Source of the DNA: an uncultured Pseudomonadota bacterium
GTDB taxonomy: Bacteria; Desulfobacterota; Binatia; Binatales; Binataceae
DNA: 64,000 nucleotides
NCBI GenBank assembly: GCA_963759165.1
Contig: CAVWXK010000001.1
Location: forward strand, 3,203,725-3,267,724
Reading direction: 5' to 3'
Under the pieces are notes generated by a model that was given only the letters and a program-made list of their open reading frames with translations, was not told where the DNA came from and ran no database searches. Positions 32,595 through 44,439 of this stretch are shown in pieces. How positions within the stretch are numbered: position 1 is the first letter of the stretch; the number at the start of each line of letters is the position of its first letter. A program made the translations under genes and the position numbers.

Positions 32595-33107
32595 TCACCA
32601 TCCGGTGCGATCCCTCTTAACGACTTCCTTGCCACCGACATAAACGTAATCCAGTTCGAGCGAGGTGAACGGGTGATCCGGTTCGTTCATCCGCATCCCG
32701 ACCGGCTCAGCGATTAGCAGACTATGGTCGCCGGCTACGAAGGTATCGACGACGCGGGCTTCGATCGAGACGATCGCGAGCTTGAGCCACGGCACCTTGA
32801 GCGTCGGCGAAAGCTCATAATCGAGCCCGCCGAGATTGTCGGGACGCTTTGCCTGAGCGGAGTAGAAGTAATCTTCGAGCGCCTTGCCCCGGCGTCCGAC
32901 GATATTGAGCCCGCAGGCTCCGGTGCGCGCGATCAACTCGCGCGAGAAGTGGCGGTTATCGACCGATGCCATGAACAGGACCGGCACGCCGGAGACTTGC
33001 GTGACCCATGACGATGACATCCCGTGATGGAGGTCGCCGTCGGCCGCCGTCAGAACGTAGATTCCGGTGGTGATACTGGCGAGCGCCGGCGCGAAATTGA
33101 TGGCCAT
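32595..33107 (-). CDS. Flavin reductase family protein
   Basis: ITTGIYVLT, SWVTQVS, AGDHSLLIAE. Confidence 0.85.
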   Translation of the reverse strand: MAINFAPALASITTGIYVLTAADGDLHHGMSSSWVTQVSGVPVLFMASVDNRHFSRELIARTGACGLNIVGRRGKALEDYFYSAQAKRPDNLGGLDYELSPTLKVPWLKLAIVSIEARVVDTFVAGDHSLLIAEPVGMRMNEPDHPFTSLELDYVYVGGKEVVKRDRTGW

Positions 33108-33243
33108 TTTGATTCTCCGACGAGTTTGAATTTCCTCGCCGAGAAGTTAACGGCAATCGCGCGGAGAACCAAGCACTATCCGTTTGCGTGCGAACTATGG
33201 GGCAGAGGTCGCAGACCTTTGCAGAGACGCATCGCTTCGCGGC

Positions 33244-33439
33244 GATCCTTCGCGGAGCCTGCCCTGAGCGTAGCCGAAGGGCTCAGGATGACGAGCCAAG
33301 AAGACCGCGCATTTTTACCGTCATTCTGAGCGCGGGCTTGGCGGAGCGAAGAATCTACGCGGAGCGATTATGTCTGAAAACTCTTGGCAGACAAGCAGAA
33401 AATCGCTTCGCGTAGATTCCTCGCTACGCTCGGAATGAC
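33244..33439. repeat. Cluster of family-A REP-like elements, including a ~120-bp composite hairpin
   Basis: GATCCTTCGC...GCTCAGGATGAC (33244-33292), then GTCATTCTGAGCG...GAAGAATCTACGCGGAGCGATT-loop-AATCGCTTCGCGTAGATTCCTCGC..CGCTCGGAATGAC (33320-33439). Confidence 0.75.
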
Positions 33440-33514
33440 AAGAGAAAGCGCGAGCGAACGGATCAAGTACCGTGAAAATCGACAGGCCCGTAACCAAGGG
33501 CGATTATGCAGGGT

Positions 33515-33543
33515 TTGACAACCATCCTTGCCCCTGACATAAT
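33515..33543 (+). promoter_or_regulatory. Near-consensus sigma70 promoter for the IS passenger gene (-35 in left TIR)
   Basis: TTGACA (33515-33520), 17 bp, CATAAT (33538-33543) preceded by TGn. Confidence 0.75.
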
Positions 33544-33647
33544 CTTCGCCGACGGGAGAGGGTCAATGTCCTATCCTGCTAGCGGCGAGTCTTATGGCTC
33601 CCGCTACGGGCTATGGGCAAATCCATCCCGAAGGCGAGGTAAACGCC

Positions 33648-34253
33648 ATGAACAAACTCGTTGCTGCCTTGAGCGTGACTTCCAGTGTCGTAGGAACATT
33701 TATCAATGGTCTGGCAGCGTACTACGCGGCGGCGACGTATTATGGCTGGAACTCTTCACCTGCGACCTCCACTGGCGAGGCTCCCACAATGATTAGCGGA
33801 CATCCCATAGTCGTCATTCTTGCATTGTTGGTTGCTGGTATTGCCTTAGTGGCGTCTCCTTGGATCGCGATGTACAGGGCACCCCTAAATGAAGGCCGCC
33901 CTAATGACGTACCATCACCGCCCGACATACTAACCAGCGACCACATCCGCGGTGGTTCCTATCGAATCGTGGATTTCGTGCAAGATGGAGCGATTCGCAA
34001 TCGCACATTTGAAGGCGTCACACTTTATGGACCTGCGGTTCTGGCCCAAGGAAGAGACGGGATAATGGTCTTCGTTGGTGATCGTTTTGATAACTCAGCC
34101 GATGAAGTGTTCCTGAGTCTGGCTGAAGCACGCGGCATAGCTGGAATGATTCCCGTGATCAACGGCACCTTTCGCAATTGCCATCTTGTGAATATTTCGA
34201 TTGCCGGTCACCCTGACGCGGTAGCGCGATGGCGTCAGGATTTAGGTGTCTAA
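33648..34253 (+). CDS. IS passenger: hypothetical membrane protein (2 TM + soluble domain)
   Basis: ATG 33648 after GAGGT; hydrophobic segments at the N-terminus and IVVILALLVAGIALVASPWIAM; no family recognised. Confidence 0.7.
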   Translation: MNKLVAALSVTSSVVGTFINGLAAYYAAATYYGWNSSPATSTGEAPTMISGHPIVVILALLVAGIALVASPWIAMYRAPLNEGRPNDVPSPPDILTSDHIRGGSYRIVDFVQDGAIRNRTFEGVTLYGPAVLAQGRDGIMVFVGDRFDNSADEVFLSLAEARGIAGMIPVINGTFRNCHLVNISIAGHPDAVARWRQDLGV

Positions 34254-34397
34254 ATGGCTTCCTTCTTTCGTTCTGCGCCGCTTGGCCGCTCGTCGCTTCA
34301 TTGCCTGATAGTGCGGGTGCGCCTTCAGGTGGTACTCGCCGCACGGACGACAGAAGAAATGAATGATCTTTTTTTTCTGCTTTCCGATTTTAGACAT
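34242..34397 (-). CDS. IS passenger: 51-aa basic Cys/His mini-protein
   Basis: Manual translation MSKIGKQKKKIIHFFCRPCGEYHLKAHPHYQAMKRRAAKRRRTKEGSHLDT; GAGG upstream; below the ORF-track cutoff. Confidence 0.45.
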   Translation of the reverse strand: MSKIGKQKKKIIHFFCRPCGEYHLKAHPHYQAMKRRAAKRRRTKEGSHLDT

Positions 34398-34478
34398 AGC
34401 GCCTCGCCCTCGGAAAATTCAGGTGCAGTTGCACCGGCCTGGAACTGCGATGCAGAAGCATCCGCCAGTTCGGACGCT

Positions 34479-35405
34479 TCAGCATCCTGCTATCGCGCTC
34501 CCGAAAATGTCGGGATTCTTGCGGTTGTTATGGCGGAACTGAAACTCGTTCAAGTACAGGGGCAGGTATTTCTTGCTGACGTTGTGATAGGTGCCGATCA
34601 CGCCGCGCTTCAGCAGGCTCCAGAAGTTCTCCATGTTGTTCGTGTGAACGACGCCGCGCACGTACTCGCCATGCCGATGGCCGACCGTTTCATGCGGCAG
34701 GCTTTGCCAGCGCTTCAAATACTGGTAGCCGCTGTGCTCGTCGGTTGCGACCAAATCAACCTTGTCGCTGACAGTTTCCGCCACAAAGCGATGCATCGTC
34801 GGCACGTCGGCCCGTTCGATCATCTTGCAGACCAAATTCCCCTTGCGGCTGATGGCTCCGATGACGGGCGTTTTGTCCCAGCCGCCTTTCACGTGCTTCT
34901 TCTTGTCCCAATGGCGGTTTGTGTCTTTGCCGCCGATGTAAGTTTCATCGACTTCGACGACGCCCATCAGCTTGCGGAAGTCAGGATCGGCCAAACCAGC
35001 GCGGAGCCGGTGGCATATGAACCACGCCGTCCGATAAGAGCCGGAACCGATCATCCGATGAATCTGGAGTGCGCTGATGCCCTTCTTGCTGGTCAGCATC
35101 AAGTACAGAACTTTGAACCACGTCAGCAGGGGGTAATTGGTGTTTTCGAAGACCGTCCCGACCAGCACGGAGAAGCGATAGGGCTGGCGCGGATTAGGCG
35201 CACATTTCTTGCAGACCCAGTGCCACGGCTTGAACTTCAGTTCGTAAACCTTTTCGTTGCCGCAACGAGGGCAATGCGGTCCAGCAGGCCAGCGCTGCAA
35301 CGTCAGATATTTCTTACAGGAGTCCTCGTCCGGGAAGATCCGGGCGAACTCCGCAAGCGTCATTTGCTTTACAAACTTGGGTTCATGTCCGTCATTTGTT
35401 GCCAT
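34479..35405 (-). CDS. IS1595 family DDE transposase
   Basis: Zn ribbon CPRC..CKKC, SKKGISALQ, VEVDETY, TDEHSGY, HTNNMENFWS, YLNEFQFRHN. Confidence 0.95.
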   Translation of the reverse strand: MATNDGHEPKFVKQMTLAEFARIFPDEDSCKKYLTLQRWPAGPHCPRCGNEKVYELKFKPWHWVCKKCAPNPRQPYRFSVLVGTVFENTNYPLLTWFKVLYLMLTSKKGISALQIHRMIGSGSYRTAWFICHRLRAGLADPDFRKLMGVVEVDETYIGGKDTNRHWDKKKHVKGGWDKTPVIGAISRKGNLVCKMIERADVPTMHRFVAETVSDKVDLVATDEHSGYQYLKRWQSLPHETVGHRHGEYVRGVVHTNNMENFWSLLKRGVIGTYHNVSKKYLPLYLNEFQFRHNNRKNPDIFGSAIAGC

Positions 35406-35411
35406 GGTTCG

Positions 35412-35440
35412 AACATAGCGCAAGATACGATGGTTGTCAA
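35412..35440 (-). promoter_or_regulatory. Transposase promoter (-35 in right TIR)
   Basis: Minus strand TTGACA (35440-35435), 17 bp, TATGTT (35417-35412), 6 nt before ATG 35405. Confidence 0.65.
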
Positions 35441-35526
35441 GAGATGCATAATCGCCTAACCAAGCGGGCGAGAAAATCGGAAATTTCAGTCAGGAATCAG
35501 TCAGGAAGAGGGTACTGGAAATTTAG

Positions 35527-35976
35527 CTACCGCGACGATCTGCCCCAGGCTTCGATCAAACTTTCGAACGCGCGCTTCAATTCCGGATCCTTGAGCTCGG
35601 GCAGCGCGATCGCCTTGCGCGGATCGCGACGCACCAGGCGCGGCCGGGGCGCGCTCGTGCGCCGGCCGAGCGAGCCAATCACGAAGCGAATGTCGCGCAC
35701 AGAATCGTCGCCCAGACGGGTGACGAGGCGCGCCAGGATCTCGCGCTTCATCAGGTTAAGTTCCTGAATCCACATCGCGCGCGAGACCTTGATCAGGGCG
35801 GTGTGAAACTTGAGCTGGCTGACCATCGTGTGGCGCGCGATAGTCTCGCCGACCACCTCGGGCCATACCTTGGTGAGCCGGACGATCTCGAAATGGCCTT
35901 CGGGGTCGAGGCGATTGAGAACTGCTTGCAGCGCATTGCCGACCGGCTCGGGACTTTTTCGGCGCCTGAAAGCCAT
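35527..35976 (-). CDS. dciA: DUF721/DciA family protein (helicase operator)
   Basis: WPEVVGETIARHT, LIKVSRAMWIQELNLMKREIL, VRDIRF. Confidence 0.8.
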   Translation of the reverse strand: MAFRRRKSPEPVGNALQAVLNRLDPEGHFEIVRLTKVWPEVVGETIARHTMVSQLKFHTALIKVSRAMWIQELNLMKREILARLVTRLGDDSVRDIRFVIGSLGRRTSAPRPRLVRRDPRKAIALPELKDPELKRAFESLIEAWGRSSR

Positions 35977-36142
35977 CGTCCAGCCACTATAGCCCAGCCC
36001 CATGAGCGCACAAACAGAATCGCTACCCGGCCGGCGCGTCGCGCGGTGGATGGTAACCGATTACCCCCGCTCCAAAGAACCCTCTATTGCTCCAAAGGGA
36101 AGAAACGGCGAAAATGTATCAACAGAGTTAATAACAGTTCAT

Positions 36143-36189
36143 ACCCAAGCTGTTGATTGAAGTTTCCGCCCGTACACAACAGATTGTGG
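36143..36189 (+). promoter_or_regulatory. Tandem NrdR boxes
   Basis: ACACAACAGATTGTGG (36174-36189) fits acaCwAtATaTwGtg; degenerate ACCCAAGCTGTTGATT lies 31 bp upstream (36143-36158); both precede an RNR gene. Confidence 0.75.
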
Positions 36190-36280
36190 TTCTGTGTTTG
36201 ACAATTTCGTTAAAACGAAACAAAGTGAGCATCCGAATTACTTGGGGTGGCAGGATGGGCGGTTGGAAGGAGCGGGGTCA

Positions 36281-39076
<2,796 letters not shown>

Positions 39077-39319
39077 GCAAGCGGGAGCGAGTTTGAAAAC
39101 GGTTTGGTTATGGCCCCGGGGGAATGGTGAGCAGGGAGGCTAAGAGCCCGAAGCTTTACGCGGGAGCTGACGGCGAGGCGGACGAGGCGGGGTGGAGTGG
39201 CAAAAAGATTTGACGGCGGGTGGCGGATTCCTCCGGGGCCCGCGTCAATCAGGAACTAGGGGGCGGATGATCGATTCCGTCTGAAAGTGTGGGGCGGCGG
39301 TTGCGGATGTGGTGGCGGC

Positions 39320-39355
39320 GGAGGGCCGGGAGCAATCCCGGCCCTCCTTATTTTT
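39320..39355 (+). terminator. Rho-independent terminator after nrdJ
   Basis: GGAGGGCCGGGA-GCAA-TCCCGGCCCTCC-TTATTTTT. Confidence 0.88.
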
Positions 39356-39372
39356 GGAAGACGCCCTTTTGG

Positions 39373-39407
39373 GTCATTCTGAGCGCAGGCTGCCGGAGCG
39401 AAGAATC
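39373..39407 (+). repeat. REP-like element, family A
   Basis: GTCATTCTGAGCGCAGGCTGCCGGAGCGAAGAATC. Confidence 0.75.
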
Positions 39408-39466
39408 GCCGCGCGGCGATTCGTTTCTGTTACCGTGGCAAACAGTTCTATGCTTCCGCACTCCTC

Positions 39467-40579
39467 CTACTCCGTGACGCTCTCCATCGTCTTGCGGGTG
39501 GCGGAGTCGGCGAGATCGAGTTCCACCGCGCCATCGACCTTGTATTGGGTCTTGGCCTTTGCGATTCCGATCTTGATGTCGGTGAGGAATTTTTTCTTCG
39601 CGAACGGCGGCATCTGGTCCATCGGAAATTCTTCCAGCAGGACTATCACCTTGAGTTTCGACGGCCATTCAATCGATTTGACCTTGGGTCCGACGTTGCG
39701 CAGCCCCCGCACCATCTGTTCGATCTCGCCCTCGAAGGTAGTCGCGGCCGCGCTGCCGCCGGTGCTATCGGCGCCGGCCACGCCCGGTTCGCCGGTCGCC
39801 GGAGCGGCCTCGGCGTTGATTCTGGCGATCACCTCTTTGACGCGATCGCGCTCCTTGTCGCTGGGGGCGAGCTTGAGCGCGCGGTCCAGGGAGGCGCGAG
39901 ACCTGGGACGATCATTCAGCCGGGCGTAAGCCACGCCGAGATTGAAATACGCTTCGAAAAGATCGGGTTTCTCCGCCAGCGCCTTGTTGTACTGGACGAC
40001 CGCCTGATCGGCACTGCCGGTGTAAAGGTACATCGTGCCGAGATCGACGAGTACTTCGGGATCTTTGGGCCTTTTCTTCAGATAGTGCTCGTAGGCGGCG
40101 ATCGCCTGATCGTAAGTGCCCCGGTCGTAATTGATATTGCCGATTCCGCGCAGGGCGTCGGGGTTTTCCGGATCGAGCTTGAGCACGTGCCCGTACGCTT
40201 CGGTAGCCTTGCCGAGAAATTCCGGATCGAACATCGAGGCGCGAAAGGTCGCCTCGCCCAGGCGGTTCCAGACATCGAGGTCGTTGGGCTTGGCCTCGGC
40301 CTCGCGACGCAGATCGTCGAGCAGCTTGCGCGCTTCGGCCGGTAATTCAACCTGCGGATGGCCGGGCGGCAGGTTCGGTTGCGGGCGGCCGCGATTAAGC
40401 AGGTATGCTGCGGCAAGACCGATCAACAGGATACCCGCGAATACCACGGCGAACGCGGGCCCGATCCGCACGCGGCTCGGCGCCGCCGAAGGTTCGGCCT
40501 GCCCCAGCGCCTGGCCGCATTCCACGCAGAATTTGGCCTGAGTCACGACCTCTGCACCGCATTCAGGGCAATATCGCAT
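39467..40579 (-). CDS. Zinc-ribbon + TM + TPR protein
   Basis: CPECG..CVECG, TM, LPPGHP, several TPRs. Confidence 0.82.
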   Translation of the reverse strand: MRYCPECGAEVVTQAKFCVECGQALGQAEPSAAPSRVRIGPAFAVVFAGILLIGLAAAYLLNRGRPQPNLPPGHPQVELPAEARKLLDDLRREAEAKPNDLDVWNRLGEATFRASMFDPEFLGKATEAYGHVLKLDPENPDALRGIGNINYDRGTYDQAIAAYEHYLKKRPKDPEVLVDLGTMYLYTGSADQAVVQYNKALAEKPDLFEAYFNLGVAYARLNDRPRSRASLDRALKLAPSDKERDRVKEVIARINAEAAPATGEPGVAGADSTGGSAAATTFEGEIEQMVRGLRNVGPKVKSIEWPSKLKVIVLLEEFPMDQMPPFAKKKFLTDIKIGIAKAKTQYKVDGAVELDLADSATRKTMESVTE

Positions 40580-40725
40580 AATGACAATTTATGTATCGCA
40601 GCGGTTGATACCTGCGCAACTTATTCCCGGCGATTCGCGGGTAACCGCGGTTCGGCTTCCGCTCCCCCTCTGGGGCCGCTTGTTGTATAGTCGGGCGCCT
40701 AAAACTATCGGCGAGGTGTTAAACG

Positions 40726-41376
40726 ATGTTGTTTTATAACTCACTGGGACCCAACCCGCGCGCGATGCGGATGTATCTTTCCGAAAAGGGAATCACGATT
40801 CCGACCCGCGAGCTGGATATCCTCGGGGCCGAGAATCGCAAGCCGCCCTATATCGAGCGCAACCCCGGAGGGCAGATCCCGGCGCTCGATCTGGACAACG
40901 GCAAGTGTATCGGCGAGACGGTCGCGATCTTCGAATACCTTGAAGAGAAGCATCCCAACCCGCCGCTGGTCGGCTCGACAGCCGAGGAGCGCGCCGAAAC
41001 CCGGCAATGGCTGAGGCGGGTCGAGATCAACATCACCGAAAATCTTTACAACGGGTTCCGTTACGCGGAAGGGTTCGATCTCTTCAAGACCCGGGTTCAC
41101 GTGCTGCCGGAAGCCGCGCCGGGGCTCAAGCAGATCGTGCAGGAACGGCTCAAGTGGCTCGACGGCTTGATGGGAAACAACCAGTTTGTCGTCGACAACC
41201 GCTTGACGATCGTGGACATCATCCTCTATTGCGCGCTCGACTTCGGCACCAGCGTGGGGCAACCGCTGGATCGTTCCAACATCCGGATCGCGGCCTGGTT
41301 CGATCGCATGAACGCGCGCCCGAGCGCCAAGTCCAGCCTGCATCCCGGAGCCACCAAGATCGGCATGAAGGGATAA
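40726..41376 (+). CDS. Glutathione S-transferase family protein
   Basis: GPNPRAMR, NPGGQIPAL, ETVAIFEYLE, LTIVDI. Confidence 0.9.
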   Translation: MLFYNSLGPNPRAMRMYLSEKGITIPTRELDILGAENRKPPYIERNPGGQIPALDLDNGKCIGETVAIFEYLEEKHPNPPLVGSTAEERAETRQWLRRVEINITENLYNGFRYAEGFDLFKTRVHVLPEAAPGLKQIVQERLKWLDGLMGNNQFVVDNRLTIVDIILYCALDFGTSVGQPLDRSNIRIAAWFDRMNARPSAKSSLHPGATKIGMKG

Positions 41377-41410
41377 CGGCCAGACGGGCGGCATTGGAGG
41401 CAAGCGGCGC

Positions 41411-42433
41411 TTGGAAGGAATCGCGACCGACGTCGGCGACGTAATCCGGCAATTGACCGCGCTGTGCCGCGCGAAGACCGGCGATCCGCGCGCCGGCGTC
41501 GCCGAAATCAAGGGACTGCCGGGTCACGCCGGCTTCAGTTACAGCTTCGTTCTCGAATCGGAAACGGCGGGCGTATCGAAGAGGGAAAAACTCGTGCTTC
41601 GGTTGGCGCCCGCCGGCGTACGGGTCTCGGGCACCGCCGACGTTGTCCGCCAGGCGCGCGTGATGGCTTCGCTGGAGGGCACCGACATCCCGGTTCCTCC
41701 GGTGAAATGGTACGACAACGACATCGTCTGGTTCGGACGGCCCTTCAGCGTGGTCGGATTTATCGAGGGGAGTACCCTGATGCCCGGGCAGCCCCAGCTC
41801 GACGAAAAGCGAATCCGGCGGCTCGCCCGTGAAGGGATACGCGCGCTGGCCGCGCTGCATCAGGTCGATTGGCGCACGCGCCAGGACGCATGGGGCGCGC
41901 CGTTCTCCCTGACCGAGGAGTTCAAGCGTCTCGATTATCTGCTCGATCGGCCGACGCTCGACCCGGAAATCATCCGGCTCACGCCTAAGCTTCGCGAACG
42001 GCTGCTTGAAACGATGCCGGCCGAGCCGCGCATCGGATGCGTCCACGGCGATTTCCAGTGGTCGAACCTGCTGATGACGGATGGCCATCTGCTCGCGGTT
42101 ATCGATTGGGAGCTGTCGCTGATCGGCGCGACGATGATCGATATGGGATGGTTTTGTCTGTTCTGCGACAAGGAGAGCTGGATCGGGCCGGCGCTGATGC
42201 CGGACCATTGCCCGCCTCCGGAGGAGATCGCGGCGTTGTACAGCGCGGCCGCAAAGCGATCGGTCGCCGGCGAGCTTCCCTGGTTCCGCGCGTTGGCGGG
42301 CTATCGTTTCGGCGTGATCACCGCCTTCAACCTGATGTTGCATCGGCGCGGCAAGCGCGTCGATCCGTTGTGGGAAGAGATCGGGCGCTCCGGCTCGCGA
42401 TTGTTCGAGCGCGCTCTGGAGCTGCTCGGATAA
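41411..42433 (+). CDS. Phosphotransferase (APH/ACAD10 N-terminal-like) family protein
   Basis: LVLRLAP, VHGDFQWSNLL, VIDWELS. Confidence 0.87.
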   Translation: MEGIATDVGDVIRQLTALCRAKTGDPRAGVAEIKGLPGHAGFSYSFVLESETAGVSKREKLVLRLAPAGVRVSGTADVVRQARVMASLEGTDIPVPPVKWYDNDIVWFGRPFSVVGFIEGSTLMPGQPQLDEKRIRRLAREGIRALAALHQVDWRTRQDAWGAPFSLTEEFKRLDYLLDRPTLDPEIIRLTPKLRERLLETMPAEPRIGCVHGDFQWSNLLMTDGHLLAVIDWELSLIGATMIDMGWFCLFCDKESWIGPALMPDHCPPPEEIAALYSAAAKRSVAGELPWFRALAGYRFGVITAFNLMLHRRGKRVDPLWEEIGRSGSRLFERALELLG

Positions 42434-42690
42434 CGGATCGATCGGGAAACGTCGGTCACTATCCGCGCGACTGATTAAATATTGTAACCAAATCGAACCA
42501 CGATTTGCCGCACTCGACACACTATTACGCGTAAGTCGGGCAGTGAGCCCGCCGCAAACACGGTAAAAAACGACCGCCTAAGAGGCACGCTTCGTGCGCG
42601 CCAAAGCCGCAGGCGATTTTGGCGTGACCAGCCCGCCGCAAGCTGCTAGGCTGAACCGCCGCGTTAATCATGTTCCGGAAGGAGGCTTCG

Positions 42691-43677
42691 ATGAAGTTTA
42701 ATTTTTTAGGCGTGCTCTCCGCCTTCCTGATCGGACTGCTCCTGGTATCGGCGGCGCAAGCGGCAACCATACGGGAAGGCAGCGATTTGGTGCCGACTGG
42801 CAAGGGCTGGGGAGTTGAGCAGCCAAATCCGCCTTCCGAGGTAATGCCAGACGATGGCATATCGAGTTCGCCGTCTGCGGTGGTCACAGGCAACCGCATC
42901 GCGTATCACGGGGGACCGATCATGCCGGGGACGGTCAATATCTATTTCATCTGGTACGGAAACTGGACCAACGGGCCCAGAGCGTCCGATAGGCCGAGCA
43001 CCGTCAGTCTGATCGAGAATCTGTTTGGAACCGGAGGTATCGGCGGCTCGGGCTATGAGCTAATCAACACTACCTATGGCGATAGCAATTCCAACGTCAC
43101 AGGAGATTTGACGCTGGCCGGCGAGTATTACGATTCCGGCTCTCTGGGCAAGAAACTCGGCGATTTCAAGGTTAAGGAGATTGTATTTAACGCGATTAGC
43201 AATGGCGACTTGCCCAAGGACGATAACGGTATCTACTTCGTACTGACCTCTTCAGACATCTCCGAGAAGTCGGGTTTCTGCACCAAATACTGCGGCTGGC
43301 ACACCCACGCGAGTCTGAGCGGCACCGATATCAAGTACGCATTCGTCGGCAATCCGGACCGATGCCCTTACTTGGCCTGCGAAATGCAGACCTTGAGTCC
43401 AAACGGCAACAGCGGAGCGGACGGGATGGCTTCGATCATGGCTCACGAGGCCGAGGAATCTCTGACCGATCCGGATCTCAACGCCTGGTATTCGGGCGGC
43501 ATGGAGATTGCCGACAAGTGCGCATGGAAGTTTGGCCCTACCCAACTAACCGCCACCGGGGCGCGCTATAATCAAACATTTGACAACGGTTACAGCTGGC
43601 TGATCCAGATGAACTGGGAGAACTCCCGCCACGGCGGATGCGATCAGACGCTCGGCGGCACGTTTTACTTACAGTAA
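42691..43677 (+). CDS. Secreted PHI-1/EXORDIUM-like protein
   Basis: YHGGPIM, IYFIWYGNW, IYFVLTS, FCTKYCGWH, YAFVGNP..C, PNG..GADGMAS..AHE..E..TDP...AWY, EIADKC, LIQMNW; signal peptide; ATG 42691 after AGGAGG. Confidence 0.82.
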   Translation: MKFNFLGVLSAFLIGLLLVSAAQAATIREGSDLVPTGKGWGVEQPNPPSEVMPDDGISSSPSAVVTGNRIAYHGGPIMPGTVNIYFIWYGNWTNGPRASDRPSTVSLIENLFGTGGIGGSGYELINTTYGDSNSNVTGDLTLAGEYYDSGSLGKKLGDFKVKEIVFNAISNGDLPKDDNGIYFVLTSSDISEKSGFCTKYCGWHTHASLSGTDIKYAFVGNPDRCPYLACEMQTLSPNGNSGADGMASIMAHEAEESLTDPDLNAWYSGGMEIADKCAWKFGPTQLTATGARYNQTFDNGYSWLIQMNWENSRHGGCDQTLGGTFYLQ

Positions 43678-43850
43678 CAGTGACGCGGATGAAATTCCGT
43701 TTTTCACGGCTGTTGTTCGCTTCGGTAGAAGAGGCGCCCGGGTAATCCCGGCGTCCTCCTCTGTGTAAAACGATCAGCATTTGAACTTCGTCCGCGCAAA
43801 GGCATGGGGCATCGCCTCATGGCGCGGCAACGCATCTCTGGGAAACAGCT

Positions 43851-44369
43851 ATGAGAAAGACGGCAATATCCATTGCTTTGTTTGTGGGCCTTCTTCAGAT
43901 TCCATCTTTCGCCGCGGGCCAGACCCCCGAAGTTGGTGGGCATCGTATCGTCACCACTACCCGTCTCGTCGCCCGATTTTCCGACCTCGAACAACAATTG
44001 CTTAACGCGGCGCGGCACAAGGATAAAGCCGCGCTGAGCAAGTTGCTGTCCGAGGACTTCGAGCAATGGACCCCGCTCCCACCGGGCGATCCTCTGCCGC
44101 GCGAGGAGTGGATGCATAACGCGCTGACCGCCTTCACCATCCAATCGTTCCAGCTCCGGCAAATGGCGGTTCGGATGGTGGGCGATACGGCGGTGGTCAG
44201 CTTCGTGCTGAGCCTGAAGGCCGTTTGCGACGGACGGAACTGCGGCGGCGACTCCTTTATCGTGGACTTGTGGCAAGAGCGGAAGAACGCTTCTCAACTG
44301 CTGGTGCGCTACGCTTCGAGCATCAGGCGGCTTCCGCGGTTGCCACAGAAGCCGACCGGTAAAGAGTGA
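43851..44369 (+). CDS. Secreted NTF2-like (DUF4440) protein
   Basis: Signal peptide, DKAALSKLLSEDF, VRMVGDTAVV, IVDLW. Confidence 0.75.
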   Translation: MRKTAISIALFVGLLQIPSFAAGQTPEVGGHRIVTTTRLVARFSDLEQQLLNAARHKDKAALSKLLSEDFEQWTPLPPGDPLPREEWMHNALTAFTIQSFQLRQMAVRMVGDTAVVSFVLSLKAVCDGRNCGGDSFIVDLWQERKNASQLLVRYASSIRRLPRLPQKPTGKE

Positions 44370-44439
44370 GCGGAGCACCGATCGGGACAAAGCAGGAATG
44401 ATCGGCGAGCGCGGATAGCCGGGCGTCGGGAGTCGAAGC

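Larger units (their letters stand above)
33499..35456 (-). mobile_element. IS1595-family transposon with passenger genes
   Basis: 27-bp TIRs GGCGATTATGCA-N4-TTGACAACCAT (33499-33525; 35430-35456; 23/27 identical), flanked by the 8-bp direct repeat TAACCAAG (33491-33498; 35457-35464). Confidence 0.95.

Noticed and set aside
33244-33439. Repeat cluster considered as a CRISPR array
   Set aside because: Repeats are inverted and irregular, with no constant repeat-spacer period and no cas genes.
34254-35459. 401-aa plus-strand ORF inside the IS
   Set aside because: Antisense shadow of the transposase; no recognisable domain.
36004-36280. Cobalamin riboswitch or replication origin upstream of nrdJ/dciA
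   Set aside because: No B12-box consensus seen; only one weak DnaA-box-like 9-mer (GTATCAACA, 36116-36124). NrdR boxes explain the region.
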